NCBI GenBank assembly: GCA_017305715.1
Contig: JAFKKG010000030.1
Span: 3,728 to 67,727, forward strand
DNA from: Hyphomicrobiales bacterium
Lineage (GTDB): Bacteria; Pseudomonadota; Alphaproteobacteria; Rhizobiales; Xanthobacteraceae
Length of the DNA: 64,000 bases
Reading direction: 5' to 3'
Shown piece after piece: positions 9,924 through 19,266 of the stretch (its first letter is position 1; every line of letters begins with the position of its first letter). The notes under the pieces were generated by a model. That model did no database searches. It had not been told where the DNA came from and saw nothing but the letters and a program-made list of their open reading frames with translations. The position numbers and the translations under genes are program-made.

Positions 9924-10922
9924 ATGCAACCCATGTCGAACCCGAAACCGAGCGATGATCCGCACGACATCGTCGTGGTCGCACCCGATGCCATCAGGGT
10001 GGTGCCCGCGGATGAAGAGATCGAGAGCCTGCTGAAGGAAAAAGTACGCGCGCCTTCGGAGCCGCAGCCACCTTCTGAACCGCATTTGCACGTGGAGCCG
10101 CAGCTTCGCGTCGCACCGGAGGTCGAAGCGAGTGCGCCTGTGCCGCCGGTCGATACCACGTTTCGCGCCACCGCCGTCAACGAGATCCTGAACAAGGGCC
10201 GCCGCCGATCTATGGCGGGGCGGCTGCTGCGCGGCGTCGCGGCGTTGTTGCTGGCGGCGTGCATCGGTGGCGCGGCGATGGCCTGGCGCTATCACGGCGA
10301 TGCCGCCCAGCAGATGATTGCGGATTGGCTGCCGCTATTCGCCGGGAAGTCATCACAGTCACCGGAAAAGACCGCGCTTGCCGCGCCGCCGGTCCTGGCC
10401 GCCGCCGAGGTGAATGCCGCGAATGCGTCACCGGCGCCGCCCGCCGAAACGGGTGCCCCGCCAGCCACTGCCGAAGCTGCTGCGGCCCCCGCGGTCGCCG
10501 CCTCGGCTGCCGAGCCGCAGTCGCTCGAGACGATGGCGCGCGATCTGGCCAACGCAAGCCAGCAGATCGAGCAACTCAAGGCCAGCGTCGAGCAGCTCAA
10601 AGCCAGCCAGCAGCAACTGGTTGCCATGGTCGCCGAGAAGGAGAAGGCTGCCGCCCTGCGTCCGAAAAAGCCGGCGCAAGCGGCGCCGCCGCCGCGACCC
10701 GTCGCCGCCCTGACGCCCGCGCGCACGACGGCACCGCCGCCGCCATTGCCGCCGCGTCCGTACCGGCCGGCCGCAGCGCCGATCATGCCGTCGTCGGCGG
10801 CAGCGCCATTGCCACCGCCAGCGCCGGCCTACGTGCCGCGCCAGGTCGAGCCGCAATCGGCGGAAACGCTGAACGATCCGGAACTGACGTCGGTGCCGCG
10901 GCCGCCTATGCCGCTGCGGTAG
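9924..10922 (+). CDS. Hypothetical single-pass membrane protein with coiled coil and Pro/Ala-rich regions
   Basis: One hydrophobic segment (GVAALLLAACIGGAAMAW), heptad-like MARDLANASQQIEQLKASVEQLKASQQQL, Pro-rich tail; GGAG RBS. Confidence 0.7.
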   Translation: MQPMSNPKPSDDPHDIVVVAPDAIRVVPADEEIESLLKEKVRAPSEPQPPSEPHLHVEPQLRVAPEVEASAPVPPVDTTFRATAVNEILNKGRRRSMAGRLLRGVAALLLAACIGGAAMAWRYHGDAAQQMIADWLPLFAGKSSQSPEKTALAAPPVLAAAEVNAANASPAPPAETGAPPATAEAAAAPAVAASAAEPQSLETMARDLANASQQIEQLKASVEQLKASQQQLVAMVAEKEKAAALRPKKPAQAAPPPRPVAALTPARTTAPPPPLPPRPYRPAAAPIMPSSAAAPLPPPAPAYVPRQVEPQSAETLNDPELTSVPRPPMPLR

Positions 10923-10938
10923 CGGCGATTGGCTGACC

Positions 10939-10977
10939 AAAGCGCGATGAGATTAGGTTTAACCGTCATCGCGCTTT
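10939..10977. repeat. Palindromic intergenic element
   Basis: Perfect 12-bp arms AAAGCGCGATGA-N15-TCATCGCGCTTT between convergent genes. Confidence 0.8.
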
Positions 10978-10983
10978 AGATCT

Positions 10984-11040
10984 TGTTTGAGCATGATCTG
11001 TTCGGAAAACCGCTCCCCGCTTTTCCGGGTCATGCTCTAG
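10984..11040. repeat. Nested palindromic intergenic repeat, copy 1 (GAGCATGATC...GGAAAA...TTTTCC...GTCATGCTCTAG)
   Basis: Nested inverted repeat; homologous copy at 14274-14331; its right end overlaps the stop codon of the PatB-like gene. Confidence 0.8.
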
Positions 11041-12218
11041 CTTCGGATGTCTCGAAAGGCGTCATCGAGCCGATCGAGCGCCTCGTTCAGAATCGGACGT
11101 GGCGTTGCGAAGTTGAAGCGTAGCCAGGTTTCGCCGCCGGGGCCGAACTGCTCGCCGGGGCTGGCAAAGATGCGCGCGCGGTCTTTTACCCGCGCGGCGA
11201 CGTCCGCTGCCGGCAATCGGGTGCCGGAGAAATCGATCCAGCCGAGATAGGTCGCATCGAGCCGCATCGCGCGCGCGCCGGGCGCGGCACGCTCGATCCG
11301 CGTATTGAGCGTATCGTGATTGCCGGCGAGATAGGGCAGCAGCGCATCGAGCCAGGCCTCGCCGGTGCGCCAGGCCGCCTCGGTCGCGATCATGCCGAAG
11401 GCGTTGTAGGAGGCGAGCCCGCTCGCTGCGATCCGCGCGTCGATGCGCTGCTTGAACGCCGCATTCGACGTGAAGCAGGCGCCGACATGGGCGCCGGCGA
11501 GATTGAAGGTCTTGGTCGCGGCGACGCAGGTGATCAGCCGATCGGCGATCTCGGGCGCGGCGTTGAGGGTCGGCGTGTGCCTGACGCCGCCCAGCAGCAG
11601 GTCGCAATGGATCTCGTCGGACACCAAAATCAGATCATGTTCGGCGCAGAAGCCGGCGAGGCTGCGGATTTCCTCCGCGGACCACACCGTGCCACCCGGA
11701 TTGTGCGGGCTGCAGAAGAATACGATCTTGGTGCGGGGCGTCAGTTTTTTTGCCAGCGCTTCGAGGTCCATCTCGTAGCGGCCCTGACGCTGGACCGGTT
11801 GCGCGTCGAGGATTTTGCGGTCATTGCCGACGATGATCCTGCGGAAGGCATGATAGGCTGGCGGAAACACCACGACCTCGTCGCCCGCTTCGGTGACGGC
11901 TTGCAGGATCAGGCCGAGACCGGAGACCACGCCGGGCGTCGGGCTGACCCATGCCGGATCGATCTTGAGTTTGTGCCGGCGCGCCATCCATTCGGCAAGT
12001 GCGGCCGCCCAACTGCCGGTATCGGCATAATAGCCGTGGACGCCGCGGGTGACGACCTCGGACAGCGCCTCGGTGACGCCAGGAGGCGCCGCGAAATCCA
12101 TATCGGCGACCCACATCGGAATGCCGTCCGCTGCGGTGATGCCGGAATTCTTGGCCATCATATCCCATTTCGACGCGTGGGTGCCGCGGCGGTTAATGAC
12201 GCGATCGAAGTCAAACAT
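11037..12218 (-). CDS. PLP-dependent cystathionine beta-lyase, PatB/MalY family
   Basis: IPMWVADMDFA, FCSPHNPGG, VSDEIHCDL, AATKTFNLAG, ATYLGWID, LRFNFATPR. Confidence 0.9.
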   Translation of the reverse strand: MFDFDRVINRRGTHASKWDMMAKNSGITAADGIPMWVADMDFAAPPGVTEALSEVVTRGVHGYYADTGSWAAALAEWMARRHKLKIDPAWVSPTPGVVSGLGLILQAVTEAGDEVVVFPPAYHAFRRIIVGNDRKILDAQPVQRQGRYEMDLEALAKKLTPRTKIVFFCSPHNPGGTVWSAEEIRSLAGFCAEHDLILVSDEIHCDLLLGGVRHTPTLNAAPEIADRLITCVAATKTFNLAGAHVGACFTSNAAFKQRIDARIAASGLASYNAFGMIATEAAWRTGEAWLDALLPYLAGNHDTLNTRIERAAPGARAMRLDATYLGWIDFSGTRLPAADVAARVKDRARIFASPGEQFGPGGETWLRFNFATPRPILNEALDRLDDAFRDIRS

Positions 12219-12278
12219 CGGAACGGTGGCTCCTTTTTGGGATTTTTCTTGGCAAACGTTGCGACGTCACGGATCGTG

Positions 12279-14063
12279 TCAAGCCAGCAGCACCGCGTCC
12301 GCGCCGTTGACCGCGTCGGCGCTGTCGATGACGGTCTTTTCCAGCGAGGTCGCCTGCACCGAAACGTTCTCGGCGAAGAATCGCGCCAGCGTCACATAGC
12401 GCTGCGGGTCGCCACCGGCATCGCCGTTGCTCTTGGCGGCGAGGGCTTCACCGGCCAGCATGCAGCCGCCGAGCGTCGAGCCGAACAGCCGCAGATAGGG
12501 CGTCGCACCGGCCAGTGCATCGTTCGGCTTCGAGGTGACCCGCTCCAGCAGCCATTTGCTGGAACGTTCGAGCGAGCCGAGCGCGTCGCGCAGTTTTGCC
12601 CCCGTGGTGCCGAAGGCCGGATCGTTCGAGGCTTCGACCTGCTTGACGATGCCGTTGAGTTCATCGATCAGGGCCCACACCGACGCGCCGCCATTGGCCG
12701 CGAGTTTGCGCGTCACAAGGTCAATCGACTGGATGCCGTTGGTGCCTTCATAGATCGAGGTGATGCGGGCGTCGCGATAATGCTGGGCGGCACCGGTCTC
12801 CTCGATGAAACCCATGCCGCCATGGATTTGCACGCCGAGATAGGCGACCTCATTGCCGATGTCGGTGGAGAAGGCCTTTGCGATCGGCGTCAGCAGCGCG
12901 CCGCGGGCGGCGGCGTCGCTGCGCACCTTGGCGTCCTTGGCGCGCACTGAAATATCGAGCGCAACGGCGGTGGCGTAGCAGATGGTGCGGGCGGCCGCCG
13001 TCATGCTGCGCATCTGCAGCAGCATGCGCTTGACGTCGGGGTGCACGATGATCGCGTCCATGCCGTCGCCCTTGGACCCGACGGCGCGGCCCTGGCGGCG
13101 CTCCTGCGCGTAGGCCAGCGCCTGCTGATAGGCGCGGTCGGCAATGCCGACGCCTTCGAGGCCAACGCCGAGGCGGGCCTGGTTCATCATCGTGAACATG
13201 CAGGCCATGCCCTTGTTTTCCTCGCCGACGAGGTAGCCGATCGCGCCGCCCTTGTCGCCCATCGTCATGGTGCAGGTGGGGGAGGCGTGCATGCCGAGCT
13301 TGTGCTCGACGCCGCTCGGATAGATGTCGTTCTGCGCGCCGATCGAGCCGTCGGCATTGACCAGGAATTTGGGAACAAGGAAGAGCGAGATGCCCTTGGT
13401 GCCCGCGGGCGCATCGGGCAGGCGGGCCAGCACGAAATGCACGATGTTCTCGGTCATGTCGTGGTCGCCATAGGTGATGAAGATTTTTGAACCCTTGATG
13501 CGATAGGACCCGTCGGAAGCGCGTTCGGCGCGGGTGCGCAGCGCGCCGACATCGGAGCCGGCCTGCGGCTCGGTGAGCTGCATGGTGCCGGTCCATTCGC
13601 CGGAGATCAGTTTCTCCAGATAGATCTTTTTCAGTTCCTCGCTGCCATGGGCGTCGAGCGCCTCGATGGCGGACAGCGTCAGCAGCGGGCAGAGGCCGAA
13701 GGCGATGTTCGACGCGCTCCAGATTTCGGTGCAGGCGGCGTTGATCGCCAGCGGCAGGCCCTGGCCGCCAAAGGCTTCCGGACCCGACACTGCGTTCCAG
13801 CCCGCCGCCGTCCAGCGCTGATACGCATCGGGCCAGCCGGGCGCTGTCGTCACCTTGTTGTCGGCGAGCTTGATGCCGTGCTCGTCGCCGACAACGTTCA
13901 GGGGCGCCAGCACGTCACCGGCGAATTTGCCGGCTTCCTCCAGCACGGCGGCGGTGATATCGGCGTCGAAATCGCCGTAATGACCGGCCTCGACGGCGGC
14001 CTTGAGGCCGGCGCCATGGTTGAGGGCCAGCAGGATGTCGTTGATCGGCGCGCGGTAGGTCAT
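12279..14063 (-). CDS. Acyl-CoA dehydrogenase (about 595 aa, DmdC/FadE-like long form)
   Basis: MTYRAP start, GTMQLTEPQAGSDVG, GSKIFIT, EHKLGMHASPT, QIHGGMGFIEE, IYEGTNGIQ. Confidence 0.9.
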   Translation of the reverse strand: MTYRAPINDILLALNHGAGLKAAVEAGHYGDFDADITAAVLEEAGKFAGDVLAPLNVVGDEHGIKLADNKVTTAPGWPDAYQRWTAAGWNAVSGPEAFGGQGLPLAINAACTEIWSASNIAFGLCPLLTLSAIEALDAHGSEELKKIYLEKLISGEWTGTMQLTEPQAGSDVGALRTRAERASDGSYRIKGSKIFITYGDHDMTENIVHFVLARLPDAPAGTKGISLFLVPKFLVNADGSIGAQNDIYPSGVEHKLGMHASPTCTMTMGDKGGAIGYLVGEENKGMACMFTMMNQARLGVGLEGVGIADRAYQQALAYAQERRQGRAVGSKGDGMDAIIVHPDVKRMLLQMRSMTAAARTICYATAVALDISVRAKDAKVRSDAAARGALLTPIAKAFSTDIGNEVAYLGVQIHGGMGFIEETGAAQHYRDARITSIYEGTNGIQSIDLVTRKLAANGGASVWALIDELNGIVKQVEASNDPAFGTTGAKLRDALGSLERSSKWLLERVTSKPNDALAGATPYLRLFGSTLGGCMLAGEALAAKSNGDAGGDPQRYVTLARFFAENVSVQATSLEKTVIDSADAVNGADAVLLA

Positions 14064-14273
14064 GACGGTTACTCGCCCAAGCCTGAGAATAGCGGGCTGC
14101 CGTCTTCCCACGAAACCGGCGTTCTCTCAACTCTCCGAAGGGACCGCCGGGGAGGAGCGTCGGAGCGGCCGGCCATGGCAGGCCGGGCGCCCGAAATGGT
14201 CGAACATCCGGCGCCCATTATAAAGGGTGGTGTTTCCGGGCCTGATTTGGGGCCCAATCCGACCCTATCCTTC

Positions 14274-14331
14274 TGTTTGCGCATGATCTTTTAAGGAAAA
14301 CCGGCGTCCGTTATTCCGGATCGCGCTCTAG
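14274..14331. repeat. Nested palindromic intergenic repeat, copy 2 (diverged)
   Basis: TGTTTGCGCATGATCTT...GGAAAACC...TTCCGGATCGCGCTCTAG aligns by eye to 10984-11040. Confidence 0.75.
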
Positions 14332-14421
14332 CCGGTTGAAATGGCCCACCGCTCTCTATAGACCGGCGGTGCCGGAAGGGAATCCGGGCGGGTTTCCTGC
14401 CCGCGTTCCCGATCCGCCTGT

Positions 14422-14496
14422 TGGGGCGTAGCCAAGCGGTAAGGCAGCGGATTTTGATTCCGCCATTCGGAGGTTCGATCCCTCCCGCCCCAGCCA
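14422..14496 (+). tRNA. tRNA-Gln (TTG)
   Basis: Acceptor stem TGGGGCG/CGCCCCA, D-loop AGCCAAGCGGTAAGGC, anticodon arm GCGGA-TTTTGAT-TCCGC, T-arm GGAGGTTCGATCCCTCC, encoded CCA. Confidence 0.97.
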
Positions 14497-15001
14497 GGCA
14501 GCCGCTCAACCGGAGAGGGTGGGCATCTGCCACGTGAAAGCCAGATAATTTACAGGCATTTTTCGCGTTCGCGCCGAGTTTCCGGTTTTTCGAAAAATAA
14601 CAACTCTAACGTTGCGAACGGCTCGTGCTTTGGCCGAGCTGAGGTTGTTCCACAGCTCGTGCCGCCGTGCACATTTTCGCTACGGTTCGGCTGCGGCGCA
14701 ACGCAATGAAAAGACATCTCAACAAATTCTGCGATCCATGCGCGCCTGAATGATCTGCGGATGGTTCGTGCTGCGGTCCATCCTTGGGGTCCGGCATCGC
14801 TCATCGTTCCCATTCCGCTTTTCGAGGGGTGGCGTGGTGGGCTGGTCTGGTCGCCGTGGAGGCGGCTGGAGATCGCTGCCCAACAGCATCGGTTTGATAG
14901 ATGAAATTCTCAGCAGCTTCTGCAAAGGACCAAAAAAAGGGCAAAAAATTCCTGGCGCCCGGTGTCATCATTCGGCTCGTTCAACAACCACAGAGCCTGT
15001 C

Positions 15002-15748
15002 TTGTCCTCATCCAGCACCTTGCCGTATCGAACCGCCGTCGTCACCGGAGCGTCCAGTGGCATCGGGCATGCCACCGTGGAAAAGCTTGCTGCGGCGGGC
15101 GTGGAAGTCCATGCCATCGCGCGGCGCGCCGATCGGCTGAAGGAGTTGAGCCGACGAACTGGCTGCATCGCGCATGCTATCGATGTGACCAATCTTGAAT
15201 CCTGCCGCCGGGCGCTCGACGGCCTCGAGGTGGATGTGCTGGTCAACAATGCCGGCGTGTCCCACAACGACCGTCTGTATGATTTTCCGGTCGAGAAGAT
15301 CGACCAGATCATCGACCTGAACCTGCGCGCGGTACTTCACCTGACGCGATTCGTACTGCCCGGCATGATGGCCCGAAACAACGGCCATGTGGTGATCGTC
15401 AGCTCGATGGCCGGCCATTACCCGATGCTGGGATCGGCGCCGTATTCCGCGACCAAGGCGGCCGTCTCGCAATTCCTCGACGTCATGAGGCTCGATACCA
15501 ACGGCTCGCGGATCCGCTGGACCGAGATCATGCCAGGCCGGGTCGCCACCGAAGTGTTCGAAATCGCCATGGGCGGTGATCGCAAGGCCGCGCAGGAGAA
15601 GTTTCTCGATGGCAAGGATCCGCTGCAGGCCGGGGACCTTGCCGACATGATCATGTTCGCCTTGTCCGCGCCCGCGCATGTCAACATCAGCCGGATCGAT
15701 GCCTACCCGACGCGCCAGGCGTCCGGCGGCTTCGTCTATGCCGGGTAA
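15002..15748 (+). CDS. SDR oxidoreductase, YdfG/3-hydroxy acid dehydrogenase-like (start uncertain, TTG 15002 or 15020)
   Basis: VVTGASSGIG, LVNNAG, YSATK, WTEIMPGRVATE, HVNI. Confidence 0.85.
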   Translation: MSSSSTLPYRTAVVTGASSGIGHATVEKLAAAGVEVHAIARRADRLKELSRRTGCIAHAIDVTNLESCRRALDGLEVDVLVNNAGVSHNDRLYDFPVEKIDQIIDLNLRAVLHLTRFVLPGMMARNNGHVVIVSSMAGHYPMLGSAPYSATKAAVSQFLDVMRLDTNGSRIRWTEIMPGRVATEVFEIAMGGDRKAAQEKFLDGKDPLQAGDLADMIMFALSAPAHVNISRIDAYPTRQASGGFVYAG

Positions 15749-15765
15749 CTCCATTACATAGGTCC

Positions 15766-17394
15766 ATGCTGAAAGGTACTTCGATGGGTTCCACGCGACG
15801 TGACGTTATTGCCGGCTTCGCGGCAGCCGGCCTTTCAGCCGCCATGCCGCACGGCCTGATTTCGCAAGGCATGGCGCAGACCGGCAAACCCAGGAAGGGT
15901 GGCATGCTGAAAATGTGGCTTGCCGAGCCGGTGATGCTGACGGGCGCTTTCAACTCTACCGGCCAGATCTTCCAGATCTCGGGAAAGATGTTCGACGGCC
16001 TGGTGAGCTATGATTTCGATCTCAATCCAAAACCGCAGCTCGCCACCTCGTGGGAGGTGTCGCCCGACGGCAAGTCGATCACGTTCAAGCTGCGGTCCGG
16101 CGTGAAATGGCACGACGGCCAGCCCTTCACTGCTGCTGATGTCCAGTTTTCGGCGACCAAGGTCTGGAAGGCGCTGCATCCGCGCGGTCGTTCGACCTAT
16201 CGCTATCTCTCCGACGTCGAAGCGCCTGATGCGCTCACCGCCATATTCCGTTTCGAGCGGCCATCGCCCTATGTGATGAACTCGCTTGCCGGAATGGAAT
16301 CGCAGATTCTGCCGCGTCATCTGTACGAGGGTAAGGATATCCTGACCAATCCGGCCAACCTGCGGCCGGTTGGAACCGGCCCGTTCAAGTTCAAGGAATG
16401 GCAGCGCGGCCAGTACATCCTGCTCGAACGCAACCCGGATTATTGGGATGCACCGAAACCGTATCTGGACGGTATCGTGATGGTCATCATGCCCGATTCC
16501 GCTTCGCGGGCGGTCGCGCTCGAATCCTCCGAGCTCGATATCGCCGGAGCGATCCCGGTTTCACTCGCCGATGCTCGTCGCCTGGAAAAAATCCCGACAT
16601 TGACGATCCCGCAGCGCGGCAGCGAAGCGATCGCCTATCAGGCGTTCATGGAGCTCAATCTGCGGCGACCTTATTTCCAGGACGTGCGCGTCCGCCAGGC
16701 AATGTATCACGCCATCGATCGCGCGTTCATCGTCAAGAACATCTATTTCGATTTCGGCAAGCCGGCGACGGGACCGATCTCGTACGAAAATACCAAATAC
16801 TATTCCGGTAGCGTGCCACGATACGAATTCAGCATCGCCAGGGCCAATGCGCTGCTCGACGAGGCCGGCATGAAGCGCCAGAGCGACGGGCTTCGTTTCA
16901 GGATCACCCAGGACCCGTTGCCGTTTGGCGATCACTATTTGCGCTCGGCCGACTACTTCAAGCAGCAGATGGCGCTGGTCGGTATCGCGGTCGATATCCG
17001 AAACCAGGATTTCCCCACTTATTACAAGCGGGTCTATACCGACTACGACTTCGACACCACGACCACCGGCGCGTTTGGCCTGACCGACCCTACCGTGGGT
17101 ATCCAGCGATTCTACTGGTCGAAGAACATCACGCCGGGCGTCTCGTTTTCCAATGGCAGCGGTTACAACAGCCCCGCCGCCGACGCTGCGCTGGAGGCAG
17201 CCCAGATCGAGGTCGATCCGGTCAAGCGGGCCGCCTTGTTTCATGACTTTCAGAACATCGTCATGAACGATCTGCCGATCTTTCCGATCGCGGATGCCCA
17301 ATACGTCACGATCAAGAACAAGGCCGTCACCAATACCGAGGTGGATCCATTCGGCATCCATGGCAATTTTGCCGAGGTCTACCTCAACCGATGA
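15766..17394 (+). CDS. ABC transporter substrate-binding protein, family 5 (peptide/nickel), Tat signal
   Basis: STRRDVIAG, PQLATSWEVSPDGKSITFKLRSGVKWHDGQPFTAADV, GTGPFKF; start may be ATG 15784. Confidence 0.9.
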   Translation: MLKGTSMGSTRRDVIAGFAAAGLSAAMPHGLISQGMAQTGKPRKGGMLKMWLAEPVMLTGAFNSTGQIFQISGKMFDGLVSYDFDLNPKPQLATSWEVSPDGKSITFKLRSGVKWHDGQPFTAADVQFSATKVWKALHPRGRSTYRYLSDVEAPDALTAIFRFERPSPYVMNSLAGMESQILPRHLYEGKDILTNPANLRPVGTGPFKFKEWQRGQYILLERNPDYWDAPKPYLDGIVMVIMPDSASRAVALESSELDIAGAIPVSLADARRLEKIPTLTIPQRGSEAIAYQAFMELNLRRPYFQDVRVRQAMYHAIDRAFIVKNIYFDFGKPATGPISYENTKYYSGSVPRYEFSIARANALLDEAGMKRQSDGLRFRITQDPLPFGDHYLRSADYFKQQMALVGIAVDIRNQDFPTYYKRVYTDYDFDTTTTGAFGLTDPTVGIQRFYWSKNITPGVSFSNGSGYNSPAADAALEAAQIEVDPVKRAALFHDFQNIVMNDLPIFPIADAQYVTIKNKAVTNTEVDPFGIHGNFAEVYLNR

Positions 17395-17410
17395 TGGGGA
17401 GCTCGCGCCG

Positions 17411-18391
17411 TTGACCCGCTATGCTGCGTTTCTGATCCGCCGGCTGATGCAGGCATGCATCATCGTCGTCGGCATCGTCTGTGTGAACTTCGTGGTGGTT
17501 CATCTGGCGCCGGGCAACCTCGCGGAGGTAATGGCGGGGCAGGGCGGCGGCGCGGATGCGGGCTATATCGCGGCTCTGAAGGAGCGCTTCGGCCTCGATC
17601 AATCCCTTTGGGTGCAGTTCGGTCGCTATGTCTGGAATTTGCTTCAGTTCGACCTCGGCTATTCGTTCCGCGAAAGCATGCCGGTCTCGGTGCTGATCGC
17701 TGACAAGCTCGCGGCGACGCTGATCCTGATGGTGTCATCGCTGGCCATCGCCTTCATGCTGGGCGTGAGCCTCGGCATGCTGGCGGCGATGCGTCCCAAT
17801 GCGATCTCGGACGTCGTCATCTCGCTGCTGGCGCTGATCGGCTACGCCACGCCGCTGTTCTGGCTCGGGTTGCTGCTGATTCTCCTTTTCACGGTAAAGC
17901 TTGGCTGGCTGCCATCCGGCGGCATGCGAACCATCGGCGTCCCCTCCACGGGGCTTGCCGGTATCCTCGACATCGCCCGTCATGCCATCTTGCCGGTCGT
18001 GACGCTCACGGTGTTCTACATGGCCGTGTTCATCCGCTTGATGCGCGCGTCGGTGCTCAACGTCGCTTCGCTGGATTTCGTCAAGACTGCCTACGCCAAG
18101 GGCATGAGTTTTCGCCAGGTCTATGCCCATCACGTGCTTGGCAACGCGCTGTTGCCGATGGTCACGATGCTCGGCGTCAATGTCGGCGGCATCCTCGGCG
18201 GCTCGGTCGTGGTCGAAACGGTGTTCGGCTGGCCCGGCCTCGGACGGCTGACGTTCGACGCGATCTTCTCGCGCGACATCAATCTGCTGTTGGGCATCCT
18301 GTTCTTTTCGTCGCTGCTGGTGGTCGTGACCAACCTGGTCACCGATCTCGTTTCGGCATGGATCGACCCGCGTATCGAGGTGTCGAAATGA
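17411..18391 (+). CDS. ABC permease, OppB/DppB-like
   Basis: VHLAPG, FDLGYSF, LMRASVL...FVKTAYAKG EAA loop, VVETVFGWPGLG; TTG start after GGGGAG. Confidence 0.9.
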   Translation: MTRYAAFLIRRLMQACIIVVGIVCVNFVVVHLAPGNLAEVMAGQGGGADAGYIAALKERFGLDQSLWVQFGRYVWNLLQFDLGYSFRESMPVSVLIADKLAATLILMVSSLAIAFMLGVSLGMLAAMRPNAISDVVISLLALIGYATPLFWLGLLLILLFTVKLGWLPSGGMRTIGVPSTGLAGILDIARHAILPVVTLTVFYMAVFIRLMRASVLNVASLDFVKTAYAKGMSFRQVYAHHVLGNALLPMVTMLGVNVGGILGGSVVVETVFGWPGLGRLTFDAIFSRDINLLLGILFFSSLLVVVTNLVTDLVSAWIDPRIEVSK

Positions 18392-19230
18392 GTGCGCGTG
18401 GCATGAGAGGCCGGACGCCGTGGCTTCGTCCGTCGGCGCTCACCGGAGCCCTTATCCTGCTCGTCGTCCTGATCGGGGCGGTGGTGGCGCCGGTTCTGTT
18501 TCCTGCGGGACCCTGGCCAGCGGTCGGTGTTCCCTACACGCCGCCCTTCGGGAGCCTCGCGCAGCCTTTCGGCACGGATACGCTGGGGCGCGACGTGGCT
18601 GCGGGCCTGTTCTATGGTGCGCGGGTGTCGCTGACGATCGCGATCGTCGCCACCGTCGCGGCGCTTTCGATCGGCGTACTTGTGGGCGCAACGGCGGGCT
18701 ATGTGCCGGGCTGGTGCGATGACGTATTGATGCGGGTCACCGAGATTTTCCAGACCATCCCGAATTTCATCTTCGTGATCGTGCTGGTGGTGATCTTCCA
18801 GCCATCGATCGTCGCCATCATCAGCGCCATCGCGATTGTCTCATGGCCTCCGATCGCCCGCCTGGTCCGCGCCGAGTTCATGTCGTTGCGTAACCGTGAA
18901 TTCGTGTTGTCCTGCAAGCTGGTGGGCGTTCCGCCTCTGAAAATCATCTTCACCGAAATCCTCCCGAACTGCCTGTCGCCCGTCATCGTCACCAGTTCGA
19001 TCATGGTGGCGACGGCGGTCTTGCTGGAGGCGGGACTGTCGTTTCTCGGGCTTGGCGATCCCAACGTGATTTCCTGGGGGACTATGGTGGCCATCGGCCG
19101 CCCGGCGCTGCGCACCGCGCCCTATCTGTCGATCTTTCCGGGCATCGCGATCTTCCTCACGGTGGTGGCCATCAATCTCGTCGGTGAAGCGCTGAATGAA
19201 GCTCTCGATCCGAGGCGCAACCGTGGCTGA
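18388..19230 (+). CDS. ABC permease, OppC/DppC-like
   Basis: FGTDTLGRDV, ARLVRAEFMSLRNREFV, EAGLSFLGLG. Confidence 0.9.
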   Translation: MSARGMRGRTPWLRPSALTGALILLVVLIGAVVAPVLFPAGPWPAVGVPYTPPFGSLAQPFGTDTLGRDVAAGLFYGARVSLTIAIVATVAALSIGVLVGATAGYVPGWCDDVLMRVTEIFQTIPNFIFVIVLVVIFQPSIVAIISAIAIVSWPPIARLVRAEFMSLRNREFVLSCKLVGVPPLKIIFTEILPNCLSPVIVTSSIMVATAVLLEAGLSFLGLGDPNVISWGTMVAIGRPALRTAPYLSIFPGIAIFLTVVAINLVGEALNEALDPRRNRG

Positions 19231-19266
19231 AACATCTTCTCTGCGCATGTTCGACTGGATACCGAG

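Noticed and set aside
14217-14222. TATAAT on the minus strand upstream of the acyl-CoA dehydrogenase
   Set aside because: No credible -35 element at a 16-18 bp spacing, so it is not enough to call a promoter.
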